64,000 bases of DNA from an uncultured Actinomycetes bacterium (GCA_963704885.1 CAVPIB010000001.1:864001-928000), one strand, 5' to 3'; counted from the first letter of the stretch, positions 51,010 through 63,079 are shown. Numbers and translations: made by a program. The notes: generated by a model from the letters alone, not told the origin.

Positions 51010-51749
51010 TCATTGCTTTACCGATCCCCGATCACGATCCCGGGGTCCCTCCTTCCTGTTGGGTTGCTTGAAGGAGGAGCGTCGCAGCCTGGATGTCCTC
51101 CCGGAAGATCTCCAGGTCGGCAGGCAATGGCGAATCACGCCCATGCTCAACCCATCCCGTGATGGCGACATCCAAACTGGGTCGGTCCACGTCGTTGGGT
51201 TGTTTGTGGCGTACGCGTAGAGGTTGTAGCCGACCGTGCCGGCTCCTCCCGGTCTAACCGAGTCGGACTGCAGGAACCGAGCGGTCGCTGGGTCGAGCGT
51301 ACGCGCCCTCAGGTAGACGAGTCCGGTCGCGTCGGAGGGCTCTCGGGTGAACCCGAAGGCGGCAGAGGAGCCGGTCTGAGAGCGGACCGCTCCGGACACC
51401 TCGTACGACGAGGTCGCCGTAACCGTGCCCGCCGAAGAGGTGACCGAACGGACCGAGCCGAGAGCGTCCAGCAGCGGGAACGAGTTCGATGTGCTGGATC
51501 GTTCGATCAGACCGCCGGCTTGCAGATAGGCGGCCTCGCCGTCGTCAACGACGGTCGGCAGTCCGGACTCCCTGTCACCAGGAGCTCGCTGGATGAGCTG
51601 TCGACATCGGCCCCGACGCGGACGCCGTCGCCATCGTAGGCGTACTCGGCATCGTGGCCACTCACCGAGGCCGTGACCAAGCGATTCCCGTAGTCGTAGG
51701 TGAACCCGTCGGAACCCGCCTCGATCAGGTCGTCCCCGTCGTCATAGGT
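51010..51749 (-). pseudogene. Orphan Rhs core fragment
   Basis: Near copy of 52720-53290 (YLRARTLDPATARFLQ, YAYATNNPTTWTDP); no start, frameshift near 51577, no toxin tip. Confidence 0.85.
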
Positions 51750-51817
51750 TGAAATGCAGGGGGGAAAGCTCCGTTTGGGGGAATCCGCCAACCTGACGCG
51801 GCTAGTTGTTCCAGCGG

Positions 51818-52060
51818 CTACGTTTCTTGGCGGCGGCTGTCTATGAGTGATGCCAAGAACAGATTATGGATGTCGTCGATGTCTATGGTCATTCGAGCTC
51901 TGAGTTTGCGCTCCTCATCCTCCGTAAGCCAAGCTGGGTGATCCGTCACCACCTTCAACTCCGGGAACATCTGCTCAATCTGGTCCGCAGACTCCGCCAT
52001 GAGGTACGCCCAGACCCCTCCCTTCCGATAGTCATAGAGAACGAGGAACTCTTTTCTCAT
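51818..52060 (-). CDS. Putative immunity protein (80 aa)
   Basis: Small gene directly after the Rhs toxin tip, AAAGGGG RBS, lower GC. Confidence 0.65.
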   Translation of the reverse strand: MRKEFLVLYDYRKGGVWAYLMAESADQIEQMFPELKVVTDHPAWLTEDEERKLRARMTIDIDDIHNLFLASLIDSRRQET

Positions 52061-52074
52061 GGGCTGATCCCCTT

Positions 52075-55000
52075 TCATGGGTCGATAGGCACCCAGTGAA
52101 GACCGGATGCGTCGATTGGCTTGGTGGTCCAGTACTCGCTTCCGCCGCCATTGTTGGAGCCCGGAGGCCAGGGATCTGCTGGAGCTGGCCCGCACAAGTC
52201 CTGCAGCGCCGTTACGGGAACCTCGAAGTACCCCGTGGGCCGCGTGGACATAGCCAAGCCAGTCTGAGCCTCAGCCCCGGTCACGTAGGCCTCGGAAGTG
52301 AGGAAGATTGCGCCCTCGCCTGACACGACAATCTGCCCTGATAGCGTGATGCCTGCCCACCCGTTCTGGTCGGTGTAGTGCCAAGCGCGTCCGCCGAACC
52401 GTCCCCCGGAGGATCGCAGTCCGTTGTGCCCACCCCGCCCGGGCCGTTCCCTGGCGGAATAGGGGGCACTGGGGTCCCAGGGTAGGTGGTTGGCGCATCA
52501 GTGGGGTCATCCGGGAGCGGCTGCTGCGTGTCCCCCGCCGATCCGTTCTCGTCTATCGTGTCCATCCAGCCGAAGAGCAACTCCCGGCACGTGGTGCTCA
52601 GTACGCAGGCAACAGCCAGGAACACGACCACGATCACGAACACAGGGTGGGTGAAGAACGCGAGTGCTATTCGCGCAAGGGTCCACTCCGCAGGCGAAGG
52701 CACGAAGTGTCCGGACGGGTCGGTCAACGTCGTTGGGTCGTTCGTGGCGTACGCGTAGAGGTTGTAGCCAACCGTGCCAGATCCCCCGGGTCTGACCGAG
52801 TCCACCTGCAGGAACCGGGCGGTCGCTGGGTCGAGCGTCCGCGCCCTCAGGTACACGAGTCCGGTCGCGTCCGTCGGCTCTCCCGTGAATCCGAAGGCTG
52901 AAGCGCTGCCCGTCTGAGAGCGGATCGCCCCGAACGCTTCGTACGCGGCACTCGCCGTGACCGCACCTGAGGCGTCGGTGACCGAGCGGACCGAGCCGAT
53001 AGCATCCAGCAGCGGGAACGAGGCCGAGGTGCCGGATCGTTCGATCAGGCCGTCGGCTTGCAGGTAGGCGGCGTCGCCGTCGTCAACGATGGTTGGCAGT
53101 CCGGACTCCCGATCTACCAGGAGCTCGCTCGGGGAGCCGTCCACGTCTGCCGCGACGCGCACGCCGTCGCCGTCGTAGGTGTAGGTGGCGTCGTGGGCGC
53201 CGACCGAGGCCGTGACAAGGCGGTTGGCGTAGTCGTATGTAAACCCGTCGGAACCGGCCTCGACCAGGTTGCCCGCGTCGTCATAGGTGTAGGTGGTCGA
53301 GCCGACCTGGGTGAGCCGGCTGGCGTCGTCGTAGGAATACGAGGTGGTGACGTTGTCCCGGGTCTCCGTGAGGCGGTTGCCGGCGTCGTCGTAGGTGTAG
53401 GAGACGTCCTGGCCGTCGGCGTACTCCACCGAGACCAATTGACCCAGGTCGTCGTGGACGTAGGTCTCGGTCCCCGCGGCGGTCGTGACGCTCGTGCGGC
53501 GTCCGGCGTCGTCATAGGAGTACGAGAACGCCGCGATGGTGCCGCCGGTCCCGGCGTGGGTGATCGAGGTGATGCGCCCGGCGTCGTCGTAGACGTAGGT
53601 GGAGTCCACGTCGTTCGGCCGCTGGATCGCCGTGCGCTGACCATCCTCGTCGTAGCCGAACGCGATCTGGTCATCGGAGGGGTCCACCATCGAGGTCAGC
53701 CGACCAGCCAGGTCGTACCCGTAGCCGATCTCCCGCCCACCCGGAAGCGTCATCGACGCCCGGCGGCCGGCATCGTCGTACCCGTAGCCGATCGTGCCGG
53801 CGGGAGCCTCGGTGGCCGTGACCCGCCCGGCGTCGTCGAACGCCCAGGTGGTCGTCCCGGTGGCATCCGTCATCGACGTGCGGCGCCCGGAGTCGTCGTA
53901 TCCGTAGCTGATCGAACCCCCGGGGAAGGAGACCCCCTCCGGGAGTCCCCGCTCGTCGTAGGCCCAATCGGTCTCGACGCCTCGGGCGTCCGTCCGTGTC
54001 ACCAGCTGGCCTCGGGCGTCGTAGACGAGCTCGGTGACGTTCGCGAGCGGATCGGTGACCGAGGCCCGGTTGCCCAGCTCGTCGTACGTATAGGTCCACG
54101 ACTGCCCGAGGGGATCGGTGAGGGTGGTGAGCTGACCGGCGCCGTCGTAGCCGAACGACACGACCCCGCCGAGCGCGTCGGTGATCGAGGTCATCCGGCC
54201 GGCGTCGTCGTAGGCGTAGGCGGTGTCGTTGCCCAGCGGATCGGTCTCGGTCACCAGGCGCCCAGCGTCGTCGTAGACGTCAAGGGTCACGTTGCCCAGC
54301 GGATCGGTCGTGCTCGTGCGAGCACCGAGCGCGTCGTAGGCATACAGGGTCTCCGCGCCCGACGGCATGAGGAGCGACACCAGGCGTCCGACGTCGTCGT
54401 AGGCGTAGGTGGTCTCGTTTCCGAGCCCATCCTGCGAGACCACGAGCTGACCAGCCAGATCGAAGGTCTGCGTGGTAGAGCGCCCGCTTGCGTCCGTGAG
54501 CTCGATCGTGCGACCGGCATCGTCCAGCGTGTACTGAGTGATGTTGTCCAAGGGGTCGGTGACCGCGGTCATCCGGCCGGCGTCGTCGAACGTGTATGCG
54601 GTCTGGCTCCCGAGCGGATCGGTTTCTGACACCAGTCGACCGGCGTCGTCGTAGGCGTAGGTCGTCTGGTTGCTCAGCGGGTCGGTGACGCTCGCGAGCT
54701 GGTTGGCCTCGTCGTAGGCCCGAACGGTCACGTTCTGCAGGGCGTCGGTCACCTGGGTGAGGTTGCCCACCTCGTCGTAGGCGTAGCCGACCACCGCGTC
54801 GTTCGGGAATCCCGTCTCCAGGAGCCTGCCGGCTGCGTCGTAGGCGTAGGTCGTTACGCGCGCGAGCGGATCCGTCTCTGACACGAGCCGCCCCGCGTCG
54901 TCGTAGGCGTAGGTGGTCTCGTTGGCGAACGGATCGGTCACCGACACGAGCCGTCCCGCGTCGTCGTAGGCGTAGGTCGTCTCGTTGGCGAGCGGATCGG

Positions 55001-58000
55001 TCACCGACGTCATCCGTCCGTTGTCGTCGTAGGTGTAAGTCGTCGTGTCGCCGTTCGCGTTGGTCTTGGCCTCGACCAGACCGCGCTCGTCGTAGTCCCA
55101 GAGCGTCTCGGCACCTTCGGCGTCGGTCACGCGGATCAGGTGGCCGACAGCGTCGAACAGGAACTCCGTGTCGCGGTCCAGGGGATCGCGGATCAGGATC
55201 AGGCGGCCCAGCAGGTCGTAGAAGTACGTCGTGGTCGCGCCGAGCGGGTCCACCTCCGTCTTCAACCGACCTGCGGCGTCGTAGGTGTAGGTCGTGACGT
55301 TGTCCAGCGGGTCGGTCTCCGACGTCTTGTTCCCGTCGGCGTCGTAGGTGTAGTTCCAGGCGTTGGCGAGGGGATCCGTGCGGCTGGTCATGTTGCCGGC
55401 GGTGTCGTAGGTGAACGTCGTCTCGCGGTCGAGCGGGTCGGTCTGAGACGTCAGGTTCCCGTCGGTGTCGTAGGCGAGCGTCGTGGAGTTCCCGCGACCG
55501 TCGGTCACCGTGGTCGGCAGATGCTTGGCGTTGTACGTGAAAGAGACGGGGTTGGCCAGAGGATCGAGCGCCTCGAGCAGGTCCCCGTCGTCGTCGAAGT
55601 CGAAGTCCCACTCGTTGTTCTCGGGATCGACGATCGCGTCCAGGTTGCCGACGCTGTCGTAGATGTAGGAGATCACATGGTCCGTGGGGTCCACGGCGGC
55701 CGCGGTCCGGTGATAGCCGTCGAAGTAGAACGTTGACTCACCGCCCTCGGGATCGGTGATCAGCGTCGCGCCCTTGCCGGGGGTGTCGTAGGTGACCCCG
55801 ATGGTTTGGCTGGCGGCATCCGTCTGGGACAGGACCCGGCCGAAGTCGTCGTAGGTGTTCTCCACGACCTGGTTCAGCTCCTGGTCCGTGACCGTGACGA
55901 GCCGGTGGTGGTCGTAGGTGTAGGTGCGCTCCCCATCCTCAGGGTCGGTCACCGACACCAGATCGCCGCCTGAGTCGTATGCGTATGAGAAGACCGCGCC
56001 GAGCGGATCGGTGACGGTGGAGAGCCGACCAGATTGGTAGGCGAGCTCCAGCGTTCGGTCGCCAGGTGCGGTCACCGTGCTCAGCCGTCCCTGTCCGTCG
56101 TAGGCGAGCTCGATGGCGTTGCCGTTCAGGTCCTCGATCTCGGTGAGGACCCCTGCGGCGGCGAACCGGTAGAGCAGGTTCTCCTTCGTCGTGAGCGTGA
56201 AGGTCCCGTCGGTCTCCTTCACCAGCGCGGAGTGCACGCGCGGATCGGCCACGCGGTAAGTTCCGTTCGTCTGATGGAGGAACCCGTCCTCCCGGCCCTG
56301 GCCGAAGACCACCGCGACGTCGCTCCCTGAGAACTCCAGATGCGTGTCGTAGGTGTGGGACCAGCGGTAGCCGAGCGTTCCGAGACGATCGGAATGGGCG
56401 TTGTAGTAACGGCTGAAGGTAAGCGGCATCGCTCCGGGGAGCGTGAGGTCCTGCTCGGCGAAGGCGACCGCGCCGGTGGTCGTGTCGATCCCCATCCCGA
56501 CCTTGCTGGAGAAGGGTTCGGACAGCTGCTGGCGCGCCACGTTGTCGCCCAACGAGTAGATCCGTCCGAGACCGGGGAAGCTGATGGAGAAGCGCCCGCG
56601 ATCCCCCATGAAGTCATGGATCGGCAGTCGGGCCGTCACGTACCCGGTCGGATCGTTCGACGCCGTCGAGAGAACGATCCAGCTCTGCGACTGGTCGTTC
56701 GCCCAGGTGACCGACAGGTTGGTCCCCGCCCCTGCCCCGATGTCGTAGGCGAGCGTGTACCAACGGGTCTGGGTTGAGGTCGTGTCGATGATCCCGGGGG
56801 TGATCCAGCTCGAGCGGATGTATGACTGGTTGTCGATCGGCGTCGTGACGTAGCTGCCGTACGCGTCTTCGCCCACCGCGATCCCTCGATCGTCCGTGAC
56901 AGCCCAACCTGGCAGCACGGAGGTGACCAGGCCGGCATCGTCGACGTTCAGGCCCGGACCGGACCACGGTCGGATACGCAGCTTCACCGGGTTCCCGGCG
57001 TGAGTCCCGACGCCGTATGTGAGGGTCGTCCACGTCGAACCGACGGACGTGTACGCGAGCTGATCCACGGTCGCGAAGCTCGCCCCCGTCAGCAGCTCGA
57101 CGAAGAAATAGTCCAGCGCGCTCGTCTTGGAACGTACACGGAGGGAGATGTTCTGCGCGTTGGCGGCGACGTCAACCGCGCTCGAGATGAGGGTGCCGGT
57201 CGTCGTCACGTAGTTACCGCCGGCGCCATCATCCGTGCGTCGAGCGGAGTCGGGTACCGACCAGTCAGGGACCTCTACGAGTTGGGTCCCGATGTCGTCC
57301 GCATGGATCGTGCCGGTGATCGGCGTCACCCTCACCTTGATGTCCTCCCCGACATAAGGTGAGAGATCGAACCTCACATCTTCCCAAGCAGATGTGGAGG
57401 CGTAACCGATCTTTGCATCCGTGTAAGTCGAGTAGCTTGGCCCGACGGCAACTTTGATCCGGTACTGAGGGCTGTTACCCGTGCCCTTGATCTGCACGGT
57501 GCCCTGTTGGGCCGCCTCATCGACCGCGAAGGCGTCGGTCGTGACGGCGACCGAGGAAGATGCGATGCTCACGTAGTGGTCACCCTGACCGTCCACGTCG
57601 CGGCGGAAGTTCCCGACGAGGGTGTGACCGGGGAAGACCTCCTGGATCGAGACATCGTCGACCCCAACGACCCCCCCGTATCGAGAGAACTTGAGCTTGA
57701 TCTGTTGGCCCTGGTACCCGCTGACGTCCACATACGTGGTCGACCAGTACCCGCACTGGTAGCAGCTGTCTGTCATGAGCAACGTCGAGGTCGCGAAATC
57801 GGTGCCGGACAGCACGTAGACTCTGACCGAGCTGTAGCTCGTCGTGGTCACGTAGTTCACGTTGTAGACGATCGCCTGGGCGTCCGAGGAGATGTCGAGG
57901 GCGGAGCTCGTCATCGTGTCGCTCGACCCAAGCTGGGCCCAGTCGTCTCCGTTGTCGGTGGCGATCGACGGGTCGCTCGTCGTGGTCCAACCGCTGAAGG

Positions 58001-58460
58001 TCCCCGTTTCGAAGTCCGCGTTGGTGGGCGTCGCAAGGGTGACGGGGTCATCCTCGAGGTCGACGTTCTCAGGGGGAGTGCCCACCTCCTCGGAGGCGGA
58101 CTCGAAATCGGCGTTCGCCGCCGAATCGAGCGCCTCAGTTTTCCCGTCGAACGTGTGGTTCAGTGGGTATGCGGGGTCGGCGTCTGACAAGGTTGGTGGG
58201 TCCGCTTTGGCCTCCGGCGTGAGACCTGGCAGGAGCGAGCCTCGCGGAACGACTTCGAGCACAAGGGCAACCGCTGTAAGACACAGCACGATGGCGATGC
58301 GACGCTGCCTCGGCTTGTGCGCCCTTCGGTGGGTCCGTCTGTCTCGATCGGTGGGGCCAGACCCAAGGCCGGTCACGGTCGCATCCTCCAGCGGGGAAGC
58401 CCGATGATGTGAAGCGGACGATAGTCCTGGTTTCACAAGGTGTGCAGACTCACTGGTCAC
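52075..58460 (-). CDS. Secreted Rhs/YD-repeat polymorphic toxin; frameshift near 52405 separates the ART-like tip
   Basis: Signal-like N-terminus, beta-sandwich repeats, DUF6531-like region, many YDxxGRL repeats, PTTLTDPSG; tip WHYT...GGGSE in alternate frame; start uncertain. Confidence 0.9.
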
Positions 58461-58576
58461 GTATGGTTAAGAGCGACGACTCTGCCATTTCTGCGACCAC
58501 GTTGCACCGCCTTTGTCAGCGAATCGCCCTCCAGCGTGAGCATCGTCACAGACATGCGCTTAGCTTGAGCGTAGAG

Positions 58577-58592
58577 TCGAACATATGTTCGA
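58577..58592. promoter_or_regulatory. LexA (SOS) box
   Basis: Perfect TCGAACATATGTTCGA next to -10-like TAGAGT at 58572. Confidence 0.85.
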
Positions 58593-58601
58593 GGTCCTGG
58601 G

Positions 58602-59789
58602 ATGAGCGAGCTCCGCTCAGCGGTCGATTCGCTGCGCGTCGAGGTGCTTCCGGAACTGCCGGATGCACGGATCGAGGAGGACTTCAGCGAGCTCCAGCGG
58701 GTCTCCGAGCTCCTTGAGATAGAACGGCTTCGGCGCCTGGCCGAGCTCGATCGGCGCCGCCTCTACGAACGCGACGGCCATCTGTCTGCGGCCTCGTGGC
58801 TCGCCACTGCTCACAGGGTGTCCTGGGGTGCGGCGCGGGATCAGATACGGGTGGCTCGAGCGTTGGACGAGATGCCGCAGACGCGCCGCGCGCTCGAGGC
58901 CGGCGACGTATCGATGTCGGTGGTGCGGTTGCTCGTCGACGCCAGTGACGCCGATCCCGAGGCCTTCTCGCGGTCGGAAGCTCAACTGGTGGACGCCGCC
59001 AGGATCCACTCCGTGCATGACCTGCAGAAGGTGGCGGCGTACTGGCGCCAAGGCGTCGAGCGCGAACGTGCCAAGGACGGTGAGGACACTCTGCGCGAGC
59101 GTCGGAGGCTCCACGCATCGGTCTCGTTCGCTGGCATGGTTCGCGTGGACGGTGACCTGGATCCCGAGACAGGCGAGACGCTCCTCACGGCGCTTTCCGC
59201 TGTGCTCGACTCCGAGTCCCGCTCCCGCACCGACGACGACGTCAGAACGCCCGCCCAACTGCGGGCAGACGCCCTTGGCGAGATCTGCCGGCAATGGCTC
59301 GACCGCAGTGACAGGCCGAGCGTCGCGGGCGAGCGTCCGCACGTAACCGTGACGGTGGGTGCCGAGGCGCTTCGAGGCGACCTGGGCATGAGTAACGAGC
59401 TCGATTACGTCGGCCCCGTTGATCCGGAGACTGCGCGGCGGCTCGCGTGTGACGCCTCGATCATGCGAGTGGTGCTCTCAGGGCGTTCCGAACCCCTCGA
59501 TGTCGGGCGTAGGACCTCGGTCATCCCTGCTGCCATGCGCAGGGCAGTGATCGTGCGTGATCGTCACTGCCGGTTCCCTGGGTGCGACCGTCCTCATACA
59601 TGGTGCGATGCCCACCACGTCGTGCACTGGGCCGACGGAGGACCCACGGCGGTTCCCAACCTGCTCTTGTTATGCCGACGCCATCATCGGTTGGTGCACC
59701 AGGGCCGGTTCGGACTGACGCTTGAGGACGGACGGCCGTTGTTCAGACGACCCGATGCATCGCCGCTGGAGGATCGAGCACCGCCGTAG
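58602..59789 (+). CDS. DUF222 (13E12-type) HNH endonuclease
   Basis: RADAL, ARRLACDA, RDRHCRFPGC, HHVVHW, NLLLLCRRHH. Confidence 0.92.
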   Translation: MSELRSAVDSLRVEVLPELPDARIEEDFSELQRVSELLEIERLRRLAELDRRRLYERDGHLSAASWLATAHRVSWGAARDQIRVARALDEMPQTRRALEAGDVSMSVVRLLVDASDADPEAFSRSEAQLVDAARIHSVHDLQKVAAYWRQGVERERAKDGEDTLRERRRLHASVSFAGMVRVDGDLDPETGETLLTALSAVLDSESRSRTDDDVRTPAQLRADALGEICRQWLDRSDRPSVAGERPHVTVTVGAEALRGDLGMSNELDYVGPVDPETARRLACDASIMRVVLSGRSEPLDVGRRTSVIPAAMRRAVIVRDRHCRFPGCDRPHTWCDAHHVVHWADGGPTAVPNLLLLCRRHHRLVHQGRFGLTLEDGRPLFRRPDASPLEDRAPP

Positions 59790-59823
59790 GAGCGAGTGTG
59801 AGGGCACGACTGCGCGCCGGCGA

Positions 59824-62800
59824 TCAGTCTTCGGCGTGCAGGCGGTGCAGCTCCTGAACCAGGAGCTGCTCCTCGGACTCGCCCCAGTTCTCGCCCTGTG
59901 CGGCCTCACCTGCGGGCGGCTCGGCCACGACGATCTGCAGCGTGCCTCCGGAGGGGGCCTCTTGACCGGAGCCCGCCTCTTCGCCGTCGGCCGGAGGCGC
60001 AACAGGCGCCTCGCCACCTGGGCCGCCGTCGGGCAGGAAGACACGGAACGCCGATCCGCCGCCGTCGCGGCTCTCGATCCGGGTCCAGCCGCCCTTGCAT
60101 CTCCACGAACCGTTCCACGACGGGACTGAGCGATCCGTCAGACGAGGGCTCGGGGTCTTCGACCGAGATCAGAGCGCCTCCATCGAGGTGAGCCAGGCGA
60201 ACGGTGATGCCCTTGCCCGGGGGCGTGCGGTCGCCGCTCGCCCGCAGCAGGCCCGCCAAGACCTGCTCCGCGCGCAGCGCGTCCACGGCCACGATCAGCG
60301 ACTCGCTATCGATACGGACGTCGTGGTCGGTGCCGACGCCGGACTCCTCCACGACACGCTTGACCAACGCCTCCAGGTCGGTGCGCTTGATCGTCAGATC
60401 GACGACGCCGTGCGCCAACGCGTCGGCGTCGGCCAGGTCGGCCACCGTATGGCCCAGTCGGCGTGCCGCAGCGGTCAGCTGCTTGATCAACTGTGCCTGC
60501 TCCTTGGAGTCCTTCTTGAACTTCATGATCTGCGTGAGGCCCAGGATGTGGGAGAGCGTCTTGTTCGCGTCGAGCGACAGCTCCTTGGTGAACGGTGAGG
60601 CAGCGCGGCGATCCTCGAGAGGCTCGCCGGCTTCGGCATCAGCTCCGGCAGCGGCCGCCGGTTCCGACGAGGTCTGCAGGTCGTGCAGCGCCTTCTCCAT
60701 CTGGAGGTGTCGCAGCTCGGCCTCGACCTCTTCCAGTCGCACGATCGTCTCCGCGAACTGCCGCTCAGCGGAGTGCGCGCGCTCTTCGACCTCGATGAGC
60801 TTCTCGGTCTGGCTGGCCAGACGCTCCTGGCTCGCTCGCAGCACCTGCTCCGTGTCCGGGTCCGGCAGGGTCTGAGCGGCAGCGGCGGCCAGCTCGGCGG
60901 CGTGTCGGGCCTCCGACTCGGCCACCGTGCGGGACAACTCATCACGTTCGACGGTGATGCGCCCCAGGTCCCCGGTCGCTTGGGCGGCCTCCTCGCGCGC
61001 GGTTCGGAGTTCTTGCTCGACGCGGTCGGCCCGCTCGGTCAGCTCCACGCCGCGACCGAGCTCTGTTTGGATCTCCGCGTTGGCAGCAGCCAGCTCCAGG
61101 CGGATCTCCTCGCGTTCGCGTGCCGCGAGCTCCTGCTCGCGCTCCGCCTGTTCCCGCAGACGGCTCGCGTCCGCCAGCTCTCGCTGGAGGGTTTCGATCT
61201 CGGTCCGCGAACGCATCAGCTCTTCGTTCGCCTTCGCGACCTGTTCGTTCCGCGACGAACCGTGTTGGGTGGCGGCTGCGATCTCGTCGCGCGAGGCCTG
61301 CAGGTCCGCGAGCGCCTTCTCGAGTTGCGATCGCGTCTCGCGCAGCTCGACGTTCGCGCTGTCGGAGGCCGCCGTCACCTCGGCGATCCGGCGAGTCAGC
61401 TCTTCATCGCGCTGGCTCAACCGCAGCTCGAGCGAGGATGCCTGTTGCGCCATCTCCTCCTGAAGCGTGGCCTCGCGCTCGGCCAGACGATGCTGGAGCT
61501 CGGCCTCGCGCTCGGCCGCCTCGGCCGTGAGCGTCGCTGCACTTTGTGCTGCCTCCGCCGTCAGCGCGGCTTCGCGATTCGCGGCTTCCTTGGCGAGCGC
61601 TTCTTCGCGCTCGGCCAGCTGGCGCTTCGCCTGCGTTTCCATCTCCACGATCTGCGTCTGGAACTCCTCGCGGGTCCGACGCACCTGTTCCTCTAGATCG
61701 GCCTCGCGCTCCACCAGGTCCGCGCGGTGCGACGCCTTCACGCTGTCGAGCTCCGCACGGGTCGCCCGGAGCTCCTCGCCCAAGACAGTCGCCTTCTGTT
61801 CCTCGGCGCGGAGCACGCGCATCTCGTTGCGCACGTCCTCCAGCTCGGTGTTGGCTCGTGCCAGCTCTGCCTGTGCCGATTCCAAGGACTCCCGCGTGTG
61901 CAGCGCTTCGACGTGAGCGGCGTCCAGATCCTCGTGCATCTCCTGCGCGCGCGCGGCCTGGGACTTGAGCGTGTCGAGCTCCCGGCGGGTCACGGAGAGC
62001 TCGGTGTGAGCCCCCTCGAGCTCGGCCCGCAGGCCGATCGCCTCTTGTTCGACCTGGCGGGCCCGGTGGTCGAGCGCCGGATCCGGCCTGTTCTTGGCCT
62101 GCTCGGCGATGTGGCGAGCGAGCTTGTCACGCTCGGTCCCCATGGCCTTCAGCTGGCCCTCCAGAAGCCGGACGTGACCTTCGGCCTTCAGGAGGCGTCC
62201 CTCCAGCTCGGGATCGAGCGCGCCGGGCTGCGGCCGCTCGTGCACCGACTTCTGCGTGACATGCAACTGCTCCAGGGTCTTGCGGTACTGCTCCTGGATC
62301 ACGGAAAGGCGTTGCTCGGCCGTCTCGGCCCGTTCCTCCGCCTTGCGTCGCGCGTCGCCCTCTTCGCGCAGGCCGGGGGACGGCAGCTCGATCGGACGCT
62401 GCACCGGAGGCATGGCCGCAGCCGCCGCGGCGGCTCGGGCGCTCGAGGGGACGAAGTTGGCCATAGCCACCGCCGAGGCGGAGAGGCGCATCACCTTGTA
62501 CAGGAAGACGAACGCGACGACGGCACTGATAGCCATGAAGATGGCGGCGAACTGCCAGGGCCGGCCGGCCGCGGCGATGGGGCCGTCGGGTCGCGCGAGT
62601 TGGACGGCGGCCGCGATGGGCGCGTCCGACCGAAGATGCAGTGGCACGAGCACGGAGAAGGAGCCGTCGCGCTGGTCCCAGGACACGGTGCCGCGCGTTG
62701 TGGCGTCGGTGACGGCACTTCGAGCTTCATCTGGCCGTTGTCCGATGAGTGCCCGGTCCGTGGCGTAGACGATGGTGCCGTCCGTCGACCAGATGGCGAC

Positions 62801-63079
62801 ATCGTCGTAGGGCGTGGGGTCCAACACGACCGGCGTGATCTTGACCGTGATCTGGTCGGCCTCCGTGGAGCTCGCCGTGGAGTTCACGTCGGACGGCGAC
62901 AGTACGAGTGGCAGGGAGTTCTCGACGATGGAGCGCGCCTGGTCAACCGCGTTCGTCTTCGCCTGGTTGATGGCATTAACGCTCAGCAGGATCGAGGCGA
63001 TCGCGCCCACGGCTAGGAGCGCTGCCAATACAAGCAGCATCGTCCGAGCGATGCGATAAACGCTCCTCGTGCCGGCCAT
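59824..63079 (-). CDS. Membrane sensor - long coiled coil - degenerate histidine kinase; frameshift near 60093
   Basis: TM-extracytoplasmic-TM, about 550 aa heptad-rich region, HisKA/HATPase-like end; alternate frame gives GGWTRIESRDGGGSAFRVFLP...HAED*. Confidence 0.78.

Noticed and set aside
52720-56300. Highly repetitive GTCGTAGGCGTAGGT-like DNA as a CRISPR or tandem array
   Set aside because: It is the coding periodicity of Rhs YD repeats; there is no constant repeat with unique spacers
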